Origin: Candidatus Cloacimonadales bacterium
GTDB lineage: Bacteria > Cloacimonadota > Cloacimonadia > Cloacimonadales > JAIOQZ01
DNA: 64,000 nt
Assembly (NCBI GenBank): GCA_963662655.2
Contig: CAXXTU010000002.1
Span: forward strand, 1,760,001-1,824,000
Reading direction: 5' to 3'
Shown here: in pieces, positions 48,285 to 58,722 of the stretch
How the letters are laid out: every line of letters begins with the position of its first letter
How positions within the stretch are numbered: the stretch's first letter is position 1
Notes under the pieces: model-generated
The model's database searches: none
The model's input: the letters and a program-made list of their open reading frames with translations, nothing else
Told to the model about the DNA's origin: nothing
Program-made: the position numbers and the translations under genes

Positions 48285-49262
48285 CTAAAGGATCGCCTGG
48301 TTCATCTTCTCGATGAACGCGATGGTTTGAACGAAATCCTCGGGCAGTGGAGCCTTCAAGAGAAGTCTTTCGCCGGTGATCGGATGTTCAAAGGCGAGCG
48401 AGGACGAATGAAGCGCCTGACGCTGCATGTGATTCGCAACGAGGTATTTCATGCGTTTCTGGAGATTCAGCGGCAACATACTCAGCTCGCGTTTGAGCGT
48501 CGAGTAAGTCCGATCCCCCAGAACAGGGTAGCCGATGTGTGAAAGGTGTACTCTTATCTGATGGGTTCTTCCGGTCAGGATGCAGACGTCCAGCAAACCA
48601 AAGTATTCGAGATCCTTCTCGATACGGAAGATGCTGATCGCATCCTTTCCGCCTTCGACAACACTCATCTTCTTGCGATCCGAACCGCTCCTGGCGATTC
48701 CCGTACGGATTTCGTTGTCCAGGTCCCGAGGTAAACCCACCGTCAACGCCAGGTAATGCTTCTCGATCTTCCGCTCCTGAAAAATGCGCGATAGCAGCGA
48801 ATGCGTCCTGTCGTCCCTGGCCACGAGAATGATCCCACTGGTGTCCTTGTCCAGCCGGTGAACGATTCCCGGGCGGGTCGGGTCCGACCCGGTAGAAAGC
48901 GTTCCCGAAAAGTGGTGCATCAGAGCGTTAACGAGCGTGCCGTTCCAGTTACCCGGTGCGGGATGAACCGTCATACCAACCGGCTTATTCACGGCGATCA
49001 AATAGGGGTCTTCGTAGACGATGTCGAGAGGAATCACTTCCGCCTTAACCTTGCTCGATTCCGGCTCGGGAATGCTCAACTCGATCTCGTCTCCCTCTTC
49101 AACCAGATAGCTCTTTTTCACGGGCTGCCCGTTGACGAGCGCTTCGCCATTCTTGATCAATCGATCGATAAACGAACGGGAATAGAGTTCGTCGAGCTGT
49201 AAGTCACTCAGGTACTTGTCGATACGAGGCCTTGAAGAAATATCGCAGAGAATCTTCATCAT
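48285..49262 (-). CDS. rluD: RluA/RluD family 23S rRNA pseudouridine synthase
   Basis: S4 domain, VNKP.G..VHP, GIVHRLDKDTSG, TGRTHQIRVH, QALH. Confidence 0.9.
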   Translation of the reverse strand: MMKILCDISSRPRIDKYLSDLQLDELYSRSFIDRLIKNGEALVNGQPVKKSYLVEEGDEIELSIPEPESSKVKAEVIPLDIVYEDPYLIAVNKPVGMTVHPAPGNWNGTLVNALMHHFSGTLSTGSDPTRPGIVHRLDKDTSGIILVARDDRTHSLLSRIFQERKIEKHYLALTVGLPRDLDNEIRTGIARSGSDRKKMSVVEGGKDAISIFRIEKDLEYFGLLDVCILTGRTHQIRVHLSHIGYPVLGDRTYSTLKRELSMLPLNLQKRMKYLVANHMQRQALHSSSLAFEHPITGERLLLKAPLPEDFVQTIAFIEKMNQAIL

Positions 49263-50071
49263 TCGTCGGAATCTTTACCTTTCTCGCCTTTCTTGCGATC
49301 GATATTGAACACGCCCAGAACAACACCGATAGGCATTCCACCCACATCGCGTACCATGCTGCTCTTGAGCGTGATATGTCGCTTCAACGATGGTATGAAA
49401 TACTGCTGTGAGGGCTGAACGCTTCGATTCTGCAAGATCGGGAGCGCATACTTGACGATGCTGTTGTTCACCTCCGGCTGGAAGCTCGAATCGAAGAGAT
49501 TGAGGTTCTCCGCAAGAAGCGGGAACACATCATTCAGGTTGTCGCTGAGGAACTTGATGTCTCCATCGATATCGATGACGATGAATCCGTTCTCAGACAG
49601 CTTCAAAATGCTCAGAATGCGGTTCATGTGCTCGATGATCTTCTCTTTCTTCGCTTGATCGAAATGAACGACCGAATTGAGCATCTTCTTGACCTGAAGG
49701 ATCAATTCCATCACGTCTTCATCGTTGCGACCGCTCAGCTCGGTTTCGTCGATATCGAGATTGTAGTTACCTCGCGTAATCTCCTTTAGTAGCTTGTTGA
49801 CATCCGTGAACCCACGATGGAGAAACACGGGAACGTAAAAGAAGAAGATAATCGCGACCAGAAATTGCAAGAACAGGAATATCCACAAAATATTGCCGAT
49901 GTCCTTCTTCATCAGTTCCGCGCGCTCCCTTAGCATGGTCGCATCGTCCATCGATCCCATCGCGCCCTTGTGAGTCGCCATGGTGAACCAGATAACAACA
50001 CCCTGCGCTGCCGTCAGCAGAAGCAACAGAATGATGAAATAGCGTATCTTGCGAGTAATGAAGTATTTCAT
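49259..50071 (-). CDS. Membrane protein with 2 TM, HAMP-like and PAS-like regions, no kinase domain
   Basis: Two hydrophobic helices; ITRGNY...DEDV.EL; ENGFIVID.DG.I.F; DVGG.PIGVV C-terminus. Confidence 0.6.
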   Translation of the reverse strand: MKYFITRKIRYFIILLLLLTAAQGVVIWFTMATHKGAMGSMDDATMLRERAELMKKDIGNILWIFLFLQFLVAIIFFFYVPVFLHRGFTDVNKLLKEITRGNYNLDIDETELSGRNDEDVMELILQVKKMLNSVVHFDQAKKEKIIEHMNRILSILKLSENGFIVIDIDGDIKFLSDNLNDVFPLLAENLNLFDSSFQPEVNNSIVKYALPILQNRSVQPSQQYFIPSLKRHITLKSSMVRDVGGMPIGVVLGVFNIDRKKGEKGKDSDE

Positions 50072-50075
50072 AGGA

Positions 50076-50774
50076 TCAATCCTGCATCGTTTCCTTGATG
50101 ATTTCGTTGATTCTCGGCTCGGGCCCCAGAAGGACAAGCTGATCGCCTTCCTTTATCACGTCGTTTGCTCCGGGAAGATCGTTGATACGCTTCTCGAGCT
50201 TGTTCTCGCCATCCTCCGAAACCGTGAGATGATCGTACTTGATCGCGACAATGTGAACGCCCTTGCTCGCTGGCAAGGCAAGCTCCTGAAGCGTCTTGCC
50301 CACGTAACTGTCCGGCACGGAGATTTCCACTATCGAGTGCCCGGTGGCGAGGTTGTAGTAGCGTATCACATTGCGAGAGAGCAGAGAATGCGCCAGTTCG
50401 AGCCCAATCTGCTCCTCGGGAAAAACAATGTGCTTCACGCCGATGAGTTCGAGAATCCTCGCGTGGAGCTTGCTATCGACTTTCGCGTGTATGTTTGCCG
50501 CACCCAGCTTGGTGAGAATAACGCTGGTGAGAACGCTGACCTCGATATTGTTACCGATCGCCAGGATCACGGCGTCCATGTCGTCCACACCCACCTGCTT
50601 AAGCGCTTGTTCGTCCGTGCTGTCCATGCAAATGGCAGCCGTAACGCTGTTCTTTATCTCGTCGATCAATTTCTGATCCGAATCGATGACCGTTACCTCC
50701 GCGCCGTTCTTGAACAGCGTCGACGACACGGTCATACCGAATTTACCCATTCCAATAACCAGGAACTTAGCCAT
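50076..50774 (-). CDS. ktrA: KtrA/TrkA RCK-domain K+ uptake subunit
   Basis: VIGMGKFG, IG..IE.S, VFPE..IG, VGKTLQEL. Confidence 0.9.
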   Translation of the reverse strand: MAKFLVIGMGKFGMTVSSTLFKNGAEVTVIDSDQKLIDEIKNSVTAAICMDSTDEQALKQVGVDDMDAVILAIGNNIEVSVLTSVILTKLGAANIHAKVDSKLHARILELIGVKHIVFPEEQIGLELAHSLLSRNVIRYYNLATGHSIVEISVPDSYVGKTLQELALPASKGVHIVAIKYDHLTVSEDGENKLEKRINDLPGANDVIKEGDQLVLLGPEPRINEIIKETMQD

Positions 50775-50786
50775 ATAGACTCCTCA

Positions 50787-52718
50787 TTATCCTATTGAAA
50801 TTTTCTCGACTGTATATGCAAGCGTTTTTTTCGTTTTGGATTGAGTCAGAGCGAAGATCAATGTGAGAGGCCCCACCCTCCCGAGGTACATAAGCAAGAT
50901 GATGATGATCTTTCCGCCAATCGTGAGATCCGCAGTAATGCCCATGGAAAGCCCCACCGTGCCGAAGGCGGAAAAGGCTTCGAAAACAACCTTCCGGAAC
51001 GATTTCTGTTCGCTCCACTGATATTGCGTATCCACTTTTTCATACTGGGCCAAGCGCTGCGGTTCACGCACAATCACCGAATCGGAGATTGCGGCAACCG
51101 AAAGACTTTCCGCAGGAACCATCTCGGCAGGAATCGCCGTTTCCCAAGTCTTTCGTGTTTCGCTTACAACAATCGATTTCGGTGGCGTTGTCTCGAAAAA
51201 AAGGAGCAGGAAGATCATGATCGAGATAAATCCGATCGAAGTGGCGATGAGGGCCAGCACCCGTTTGAGCATCTCGTCCGAGATACGCCGTTTGAATATG
51301 GAAACCCCTTCCCCGCCTTTGATAATGGCAAGAACGGATAGAATAATGATTGCGAAGGTTGTCGTTTTCACGCCGCCACCGGTAGATCCAGGGGACGCAC
51401 CGATGAACATGAGCAGGTTGGTGATGAACACCGAGGAATTACTAAGCTGCGCGTTATCGATTGTGTTGAACCCGGCTGTTCTGGTCGTAACCGACTGGAA
51501 CATCGAGGCAAGTAAGCGCTCCAGGAACGAGAAATCTCGCATGGTGTGATTGTATTCCGATATGAAAAACGCCACAAAGCCGATCAGAATCAAGCAGACT
51601 GTCATAAGCAGAACAAGCTTGGTATGAAGGGTCAATCTCCCCGGATTGTATCGTTGGACTACGTTTCTTCGTAAATCGACCAGTACCGAGAATCCTATAC
51701 CGCCCACAATAATGAGGAACATGGTAATCAGGTTCACCCCAAGCGAACTCTTGAACTGGACCAGGCTGTCGCTGAACAGGCTGAATCCCGCGTTGCAGAA
51801 TGCGGAGATCGAGTGGAATACCGCGTAGTATCCGGCACTGCCGGTGACCAATGGATGTCTGCGGAACATGAAGTAGTAAACCGCTGCCCCGCCCATCTCG
51901 AAGAGCATTGTCACCAGGAAGATATCCTTGATCAGCGTGAGCATATCCAGCCGGTTCGATTCCCCCATCACATCTTTCATCACGTTTTCGCTGCGTTGGG
52001 TGAGTTTTTCACCGAGTAAAATTGCAAAGGCAGTCGATATCGTCATAATTCCCAGGCCGCCGATCTGGATCAGAATCAGGATGATGATCTGCCCGAAGGA
52101 TGTGAAGTATGAACCGGTGTCCTGCACGATGAGGCCGGTTACACAGGTGGCGGATGTCGCTGTGAAAAGTGCGTCGAGGTACGGCGTATCGCTATGGTGG
52201 TTGCTGGATACCGCCCACGGCAACGAAAGCAGGAACGAACCCAGGATAATCACAACGAAGAAGCTGAGCAGGAAAAACACCGGCGGATTCGCGGAAAGTT
52301 TACGGAATATTTTCTCGTTGTAACTAACGTATGCCAGTCCTTTCACGATCATATACGTTTGCCGGCCGATCAGGTAGAGGCTGAAGAACTGGTAGCCTTT
52401 GAATTTCGTAACGATCAACGCCGCAACGATCATCAGATCGATCAGCATCGAGCGAATACGTATCGGCGAGAATCCAATCCCGATCAGCCTTACAGCCATG
52501 AAGCCCACGAAATAGAGCATGGAAGAAACGGAAATGACTCGCGAGAAGAGGAAGAAGGTCTTGTCGTCCGAGAAGTGATAGCTCAGTAGCAGCATCGCCA
52601 GGCTTACAAGCGCAAAGCCATGCAACATCCACTGCATGGTGGATGACAATCTGCCGAAGAAATTGATGAAGCTGCGATATAGCGATTCCGCAGTCTTTGT
52701 CGCTTTGTTTTTACTCAT
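50787..52718 (-). CDS. ktrB: KtrB/TrkH K+ uptake membrane subunit with an N-terminal extension
   Basis: SATCVTGL, SAFCNAGF, TRTAGF, GSTGGGVK, SAFGTVGLS, MYLGRVGPL. Confidence 0.9.
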   Translation of the reverse strand: MSKNKATKTAESLYRSFINFFGRLSSTMQWMLHGFALVSLAMLLLSYHFSDDKTFFLFSRVISVSSMLYFVGFMAVRLIGIGFSPIRIRSMLIDLMIVAALIVTKFKGYQFFSLYLIGRQTYMIVKGLAYVSYNEKIFRKLSANPPVFFLLSFFVVIILGSFLLSLPWAVSSNHHSDTPYLDALFTATSATCVTGLIVQDTGSYFTSFGQIIILILIQIGGLGIMTISTAFAILLGEKLTQRSENVMKDVMGESNRLDMLTLIKDIFLVTMLFEMGGAAVYYFMFRRHPLVTGSAGYYAVFHSISAFCNAGFSLFSDSLVQFKSSLGVNLITMFLIIVGGIGFSVLVDLRRNVVQRYNPGRLTLHTKLVLLMTVCLILIGFVAFFISEYNHTMRDFSFLERLLASMFQSVTTRTAGFNTIDNAQLSNSSVFITNLLMFIGASPGSTGGGVKTTTFAIIILSVLAIIKGGEGVSIFKRRISDEMLKRVLALIATSIGFISIMIFLLLFFETTPPKSIVVSETRKTWETAIPAEMVPAESLSVAAISDSVIVREPQRLAQYEKVDTQYQWSEQKSFRKVVFEAFSAFGTVGLSMGITADLTIGGKIIIILLMYLGRVGPLTLIFALTQSKTKKTLAYTVEKISIG

Positions 52719-53363
52719 TCAGGATAAGTTGATGTGACGTTCGTTTAGAACCCTCACGACCTCTCTGTGAATTACATCGGGTTTCTGGTCGGCGTCGATG
52801 GTTCGTAGTTTGCCCTGGTTGCGGAAATACTCGATCGCCAGATCGGTTTGTTTATGGAAATCATTTATTCGCTTCTGAATCGCCTCTTCGTTGTCGTCGC
52901 TACGCATGACGAGTTTTCCGCCACAGTGATCGCAGATTCCTTCCTGCTTCGGTTTGCGGAAAAGCACGTTGAAATCGGAGTGGCAGTTGACACATATACG
53001 CCGAGCAAGGAGCCGTTCCATCGATTTCTCGTCCGAAAGCACGAACAGAATCGCCAGATCGATGGGATAGTGCTCGTTCAGGAATTCGGCTTGCGCCATA
53101 TTGCGCGGAAAACCGTCGAGAACAAACCCCTTCGGGCATGCAGCCATTTTCTTATCGATAACATCAAAAACGATTTCATCCGGCACCAGCAGTCCGTTTT
53201 CGATGAAGTACTTCACTTTCATGCCGGTTTCCGTATCGTGCTTGATATGCCAGCGAAACTCGTTTCCAACGTTGATATGGAAAAGCTCGAAGCGCTCTTG
53301 CATCAACTCGGCCTGGGTTCCCTTACCACTTCCCTGGATACCCATAAATACCAGATCGACCAT
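52719..53363 (-). CDS. adk: Adenylate kinase (Zn-lid type)
   Basis: GIQGSGKGTQA, LDGFPRN, CVNC...CDHCG lid, RSDD. Confidence 0.93.
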   Translation of the reverse strand: MVDLVFMGIQGSGKGTQAELMQERFELFHINVGNEFRWHIKHDTETGMKVKYFIENGLLVPDEIVFDVIDKKMAACPKGFVLDGFPRNMAQAEFLNEHYPIDLAILFVLSDEKSMERLLARRICVNCHSDFNVLFRKPKQEGICDHCGGKLVMRSDDNEEAIQKRINDFHKQTDLAIEYFRNQGKLRTIDADQKPDVIHREVVRVLNERHINLS

Positions 53364-53555
53364 GGATCCTCCCTTGAAAGATTCACATGAACTTTCTCAA
53401 AGTGTAATTTGATGACATTCGGATAATAAGTCAAGTTTTCTGAGCGAATATACAGAATATATCCCTGAGCGACAATGTTTCCACTGCTTGAATATACTTG
53501 TTTTCCCTCCAACTTCTCAAGCCAGTTCGAAGCCCCGGAGAGGGCGCGGATTCCC

Positions 53556-53671
53556 GCGCCGGGGGGCGGCGCCGCAAGCCCGTATGGGCTTGCGGCCTGC
53601 TTTTGAAATGCCTTCAGCAAGGCATTTCAAAAGCAGGTTAGTGCGCTACGCGCACGCGCCGCCCCCGGCGC
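53556..53671 (+). repeat. Four-way-junction element family 2, copy 3
   Basis: P1 GCGCCGGGGGGCGGCGC/GCGCCGCCCCCGGCGC; P2 CGCAAGCCC/GGGCTTGCG; P3 19-bp perfect 53596-53637; P4 GTGCGC-TAC-GCGCAC. Confidence 0.88.
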
Positions 53672-53790
53672 TGAGCTGGGCACCAATCTTCCTATTCCCT
53701 TACTCCGCGAGCAGAGAAAAGATAAGAAAAAAACTGCTTGCCATGAGCACTGTTTGCCGAAATACTATCCTCAAGCACACGGAGGTAAGA

Positions 53791-54213
53791 ATGGAAAGTC
53801 AAATCATCGAGTCGACCCACATCCTGCGGTTGGACCCGGGGGAAGAGATCGTGACGTCTCTCATTGACTATTGCGAGGAGCAGGGAATCCAAAGCGGACT
53901 CGTTACGGCAATCGGCGCGGTTAACGATGTGACGATCGGGCTCTTCGATCCAGATACAAAGGAGTACGCTTCGGAGCGGAAGAAGGGTAACTTCGAGATC
54001 GTCGCCCTCACGGGCAATATCGCGACCAAGGACGGCGAGGTCTACGCTCATCTGCATATCGGTTTTGGCGACGACCAACATGCTATGTACGGCGGTCACC
54101 TGAATCAAGCTTTCGTCAGCGCAACCTGCGAAATCTACCTTCTGGCATTGAAGGACAAGGTTGAGCGTTTCTACAGCAGTGAAATCGGTTTGAATCTGCT
54201 AAAACTCAAATAA
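53791..54213 (+). CDS. PPC/DUF296 domain protein
   Basis: GGAGGT RBS; RLDPGEEI, AIGA, FEI..LTGNI, HLH, GGHL, TCE. Confidence 0.88.
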   Translation: MESQIIESTHILRLDPGEEIVTSLIDYCEEQGIQSGLVTAIGAVNDVTIGLFDPDTKEYASERKKGNFEIVALTGNIATKDGEVYAHLHIGFGDDQHAMYGGHLNQAFVSATCEIYLLALKDKVERFYSSEIGLNLLKLK

Positions 54214-54222
54214 GGAAATCAC

Positions 54223-54417
54223 ATGAAAAAAGACTGGAAGAATCTTCTTATCGGCTTCCTGGGAGCCTGCCTCCTCTTCGCGCTCATCGGAAGCAGCCAG
54301 GGTGGAAACACGGGCAAGTACCAGGTTTCCGCCGTTCAAACAAAGCAATACCCCGCCTACATCATTATCGACACTGAAACCGGAGACATCGTCAAGACAG
54401 GATATTTCGGGAATTAG
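54223..54417 (+). CDS. Small exported hypothetical protein (64 aa)
   Basis: AAGGA RBS; hydrophobic N-terminus; G.YQ and IDTETG motifs; fits tightly in the operon. Confidence 0.6.
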   Translation: MKKDWKNLLIGFLGACLLFALIGSSQGGNTGKYQVSAVQTKQYPAYIIIDTETGDIVKTGYFGN

Positions 54418-54426
54418 GCCAATCCC

Positions 54427-56744
54427 TTGATCCGCATTGCCGTACGCTCGCTGATCGAATTCGTTCTGCGTTCGGGCGATTACCGTTGCGAATTCACATC
54501 GCCTGCGCGTCCTCTGGAAGGTGCACGTGGACATCGTCGTGTCCAGAAATCGAGACCGGAACATTACCGTAGCGAAGTGGCGTTCAAGCACACGTTCAGC
54601 GTCGAAGACCTCGAGATTCAGCTTCAAGGTCGCATCGACGGCATTTTCGACGAGGAAAGCGGTCCCGTCATTGACGAGATTAAAACAACCTACGGCGAGC
54701 TTACCCACGACGGCCACGACATGCACTGGGCGCAGGCGAAATTCTACGCCTGGATCATCCTGCTCGAGCAGAATCTCGACCGGATCGACGTCCAGCTAAC
54801 CTACCTGCAACTCGAATCGAACGAAATCCGGGAAATACGCAAAACGTTCTCCGCCGGGGAACTACAGGATTTCTACCGACCTGTCCTCGAGAGCTATGCT
54901 GAGTGGGCTCGCCTACGCTCCCATTGGGAAAACCTCAGAGAGGAATCGGCGATGGCGATCGAGTTCCCGTTCGGTGATTACCGGAAAGGTCAGCGCGAGC
55001 TGGCGGTAGCGGTATGGAAAGCGATCGATGCGAAGAACAAGCTGTACATTCAAGCCCCGACCGGCATCGGAAAAACCATCGGCACCATCTTCCCCGCCGT
55101 AAAAGCTTCCTCATCGTTCGCAAAGCTGTTCTACCTCACGGCCAAAACAACCGGCAGAGCTGTCGCCGAGAAGGCGTTCGCTCTTCTGAGAGATAACGGT
55201 CTGCGCTACAAAACCCTTACCCTTACAGCCAAAGAGAAAATCTGCTTCATGCCCGGCGCGGCTTGCATACCGGAAGAATGCCCTTTCACCGTCGGTTACT
55301 ACGACCGCCTGCGGGGCGCGGTTGAGGACGCTCATCTCTTCGACAACCTGGATCGCCAAACCGTCGAAGAGCTTGCGAAGAAGCATCGAATCTGCCCGTT
55401 CGAGTTCTCGCTGGAGCTCTCCCTGTGGGCGGACGCGGTCATCTGCGACTACAACTACGTGTTCGATCCGAGAGTATACCTCCGAAGATTCTTTCAAGAC
55501 ACCGCAGAGCCATACGTGTTTCTGGTGGACGAGGCCCACAACCTGCCTGATCGTGCGCGAAGCATGTTCTCCGCCTCACTCTCCAAGAAAGACACATTAC
55601 AGCTCTCGCGCACCTGCAAGGATTATGCCCCGCAGTTAACAACTCCTCTCAAGAACCTGAACAAAATCCTGATCGATAAACGAAAGCAGGCCGAAGCAAT
55701 CAAGCAAGAAGCCTTCACGGGAGAATGAAGCCCCAGCGGAGATCGTCACCCTCGTGAAGAAATACATCGCAGAGGCGGAGAAATGGTTGGCAATAAATCC
55801 GAAAGTCGGATGGCAAGCAGGAGATACTCGACTTCTATTTCCACTGCCTCGCGTTCGTGAGGACATCCGAGTTCTTCGATGAGCGCTACGTCACGCTTTA
55901 CGAGAAGCAGCGCGACGAGCTGATCGTCAACCTGTTCTGCATGGACCCGTCGTACCTGCTCGGACTCGCCTTCGAAAAGAGCGTCTCGTCGATCGTATTC
56001 TCCGCCACGCTGACTCCGCTTGATTACTACATGGACATCCTCGCTGCCAAGCCGGAAGACGGCTCCCTGCTCCTCGAGTCGCCCTTCCCGGGAAGAAATG
56101 TGGCTGTTTTAATTGCGAACAGAATCCCGACCACCTATAAGCAACGGGAAAACTCGGCGATGGAAGTCGCCCAAATGATCCATGCCGCCGTGAACAGCCG
56201 GAAAGGCAATTACATCGTCTACTTCCCATCCTATCGCTATATGCGGCAGGTGCTGGATTTCATCAACCTCCCGGAAACCGAGATCATCGTCCAGGAATCG
56301 GGAACCACCGAAGAAGAGCGAGATGTTTTCCTCGCCAAATTCTCCAGCGCGAACGAAAAGACGCACGTTGGATTCTGCGTTATGGGTGGCGTGTTTGGAG
56401 AAGGGATCGACCTGGTCGGAGACCGCCTTATCGGCGCAATAATCGTCGGCGTCGGATTGCCGCAAATCAATCCGAGGCTCGACTTGATTCGCGACTACTA
56501 CAACCATCTCGAAGGCTCGGGATTTCAATACGCTTACATGTTCCCCGGCATGGGGAGAGTCCTGCAGGCCGCCGGCAGGGTCATCCGCACCCCGGAAGAC
56601 AAAGGCATGATCTTTCTCATCGACGAACGCTTCGCCCACCAACGCTACCTGCAACTCTTCCCGGAACTTTGGCGAAACTGGCGTCCCATTGGAAAACCGG
56701 AAGAAGCGGAAAGACTACTGAATGGATTCTGGGAAAGAGTCTGA
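54427..56744 (+). CDS. PD-(D/E)XK nuclease fused to an Fe-S XPD/DinG helicase, split by two +1 frameshifts (~55720, ~55803)
   Basis: GRIDG..EIKT, APTGIGKT, four Fe-S Cys, DEAHNL, FSATL, YFPSY, EGID, QAAGRVIR. The intervening frame reads ENEAPAEIVTLVKK..., then KQEILDFYF. Confidence 0.85.
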
Positions 56745-56751
56745 AACAAGA

Positions 56752-56880
56752 GGACGCGAGCAGATTGGTTCGATCCTCTCTTCAGCGTGGTGCTTCACAG
56801 CGTAGTGTTCAATTTCCAATTCCTTACGGAGCTGTGGTATATCCACGGTGAAGAGAGGATCGGGCGAAGATGCCGCGTCC
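56752..56880 (+). repeat. Rod-hairpin element family 1, copy D
   Basis: GGACGCG AGC AGATTGGTTCGATCCTCTCTTCA GCGTGG..CACAGC / GCTGTG GTATAT CCACG G TGAAGAGAGG ATCGGGCGAAGAT GC CGCGTCC. Confidence 0.9.
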
Positions 56881-56898
56881 GTCACGGTTGTATGACAA

Positions 56899-57634
56899 TC
56901 AGTGCTGTACGGTTCCTGAATAAAAAGGCTGAATCATGCCGTTCTCCAGACGAAGAAGCAGGCGCTCCCTCCCGGTTGACTCCCGCAACTTCGCCTTCGA
57001 ATCGCTTGAACGGGGTCTCCAGGACAATTCGTTTCCCCTTCAGGAAGCAGTTCTCACGATAGATCGGCAGAAAGTACTCCCACCCGTTTTCAATAAACGC
57101 CGGCAACGATGCTGCAAAGCGATCGAACACGGCCTTCATGATCTCGATTAAATCTCTTTCACGGCCGGTCTCAGCCACGATCGATGAAGCGATTCCCGAT
57201 AAATCCTGGGGAAACTCCCGATTGTTTACATTGATTCCAATTCCCACCAGATGGTAATGCTGAAACGAGAGATGCTCCGTGTGAATACCGCATATCTTCT
57301 TATCATTCAGCATGATGTCGTTGGGCCATTTGATACGTGTATCAGCATCACACAAAACCTGCTTCAAGGCCTGAAGAACACACACGCCGGTAAATAACGT
57401 GAAATTCGAGGCGGCTTCAAGATTCAATAATCCCATCGTCATCCATATCCCACCGGGCGGTGAGAACCATGCGTTACCTTTTCTTCCTTTACCGGAAGAC
57501 TGCTCGTCGGCATACACCAGGAAATTGCCCGTAATCATCCGGTTTCGCACCATGCTCTCGGCTTTCGAGGTCGTGCTTCCGATACGCTTCAGATGATAGA
57601 TTTCATCGAAAAAGGGATGTTCGAAATCACTCAT
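56899..57634 (-). CDS. birA: Biotin-protein ligase (no HTH), with an apparent +1 frameshift near 56962
   Basis: QSSGKGRKGN.WFSP, IKWPND, KKICGI, GIGINVN. Removing one base gives GALLLRLENGMIQPFYSG and a stop at 56899. Confidence 0.88.
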
Positions 57635-57642
57635 GATATTCC

Positions 57643-58722
57643 TCACAGAATCAACATCGCATCGCCGTAACTGAAGAAGCGGTATTTCATTTCCACTGCC
57701 TCGTGATAGGCTTTCATGATGTTATCGTACCCTGCAAACGCGGAAACCAGCATCAGCAGCGTTGAGCCCGGCATGTGGAAGTTGGTGATCATCCCGTCGG
57801 GAATTGTCACCTGCTTCCCGGGATACACGAACAAGTCCGTCCACTTCTCTCCGGATTGTAGTTCTCCTGCCGAAGAGAAAGACTCCAGCGTCCGCATGCT
57901 TGTGGTGCCAACCGCCAGGGCGCGACGCCCATCGCGCTTCGCGCGATTGACCGCATCCGCGGTCTGCGGCGGGACGATGCAGAATTCCGAGTGCATCCGG
58001 TGCAGCCGAATATCCTCGGTGCGAACCGGCCGGAAGGTTCCCAAGCCCACATGCAGGATCACCTCGGTAAACTGGACGCCCTTGCACCGGAGCGAGCCCA
58101 TCAATTCGGGTGTGAAATGAAGTCCCGCCGTGGGCGCCGCTACCGACCCACGCTGCTCGGAGTAGACAGTCTGGTAGGTAAGCTGGTCTTTCTCTTCGGC
58201 CTCACGCTCGATATACGGAGGTAACGGCATCTTACCATACCGCCCCAGCTTCTCCCAGAAATCGCCCGTAACCTCGAAATCGACAACACGATTCCGTTCG
58301 TCGTTACGATCTCCAACCACAGCCTCAAATCCCTCGCCGATCAGTATCCTAGTTCCGCCTTTGATTCGGGCCGATGGCCGAACCATGCACTCCCATCGAG
58401 TGCCTTCCAGATGGTTGAGCAGGAAAATCTCCACCTGACCGCCGGACGTTTTCTTCCCGAAGATTCGCGCGGGAATCACCTTGGTCCTGTTGATAATCAG
58501 CAAATCGCCGTCCTGAAGAACATCGACGATATTCGAAAACTTCGTGTGAGCGATTGCACCACTGCTGCGATTCAGGTGCAGCATCCGTGAATCGCTACGG
58601 TTCTCGAGCGGATACTGCGCGATCAATGACTTGGGTAAATCGTATTCGTAGCTGGATCGTCTGTATTGAAACGGGATGCCCGGATCAGTATCCTGTGTTT
58701 TTTGCGTCTTCGAGAATTGCAT
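57643..58722 (-). CDS. queA: S-adenosylmethionine:tRNA ribosyltransferase-isomerase; start uncertain
   Basis: YDLP..LIAQ.P, PLPPYI.R, YQTVY, AAPTAGLHF, TNFH.P.STL, YRFFSYGDAM. Confidence 0.95.
   Translation of the reverse strand: MQFSKTQKTQDTDPGIPFQYRRSSYEYDLPKSLIAQYPLENRSDSRMLHLNRSSGAIAHTKFSNIVDVLQDGDLLIINRTKVIPARIFGKKTSGGQVEIFLLNHLEGTRWECMVRPSARIKGGTRILIGEGFEAVVGDRNDERNRVVDFEVTGDFWEKLGRYGKMPLPPYIEREAEEKDQLTYQTVYSEQRGSVAAPTAGLHFTPELMGSLRCKGVQFTEVILHVGLGTFRPVRTEDIRLHRMHSEFCIVPPQTADAVNRAKRDGRRALAVGTTSMRTLESFSSAGELQSGEKWTDLFVYPGKQVTIPDGMITNFHMPGSTLLMLVSAFAGYDNIMKAYHEAVEMKYRFFSYGDAMLIL

Noticed and set aside
53488..53790. N-terminal extension of the DUF296 ORF, and ORFs at 42299-42624, 47985-48203 and 3053-3307
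   Set aside because: These are read-throughs of GC-rich palindromic repeats. The real DUF296 start at 53791 has a GGAGGT RBS.
54427..54900. Cas4-like nuclease suggesting a CRISPR locus
   Set aside because: It is the N-terminal domain of a known nuclease-DinG helicase fusion type, with no array or other cas genes nearby.
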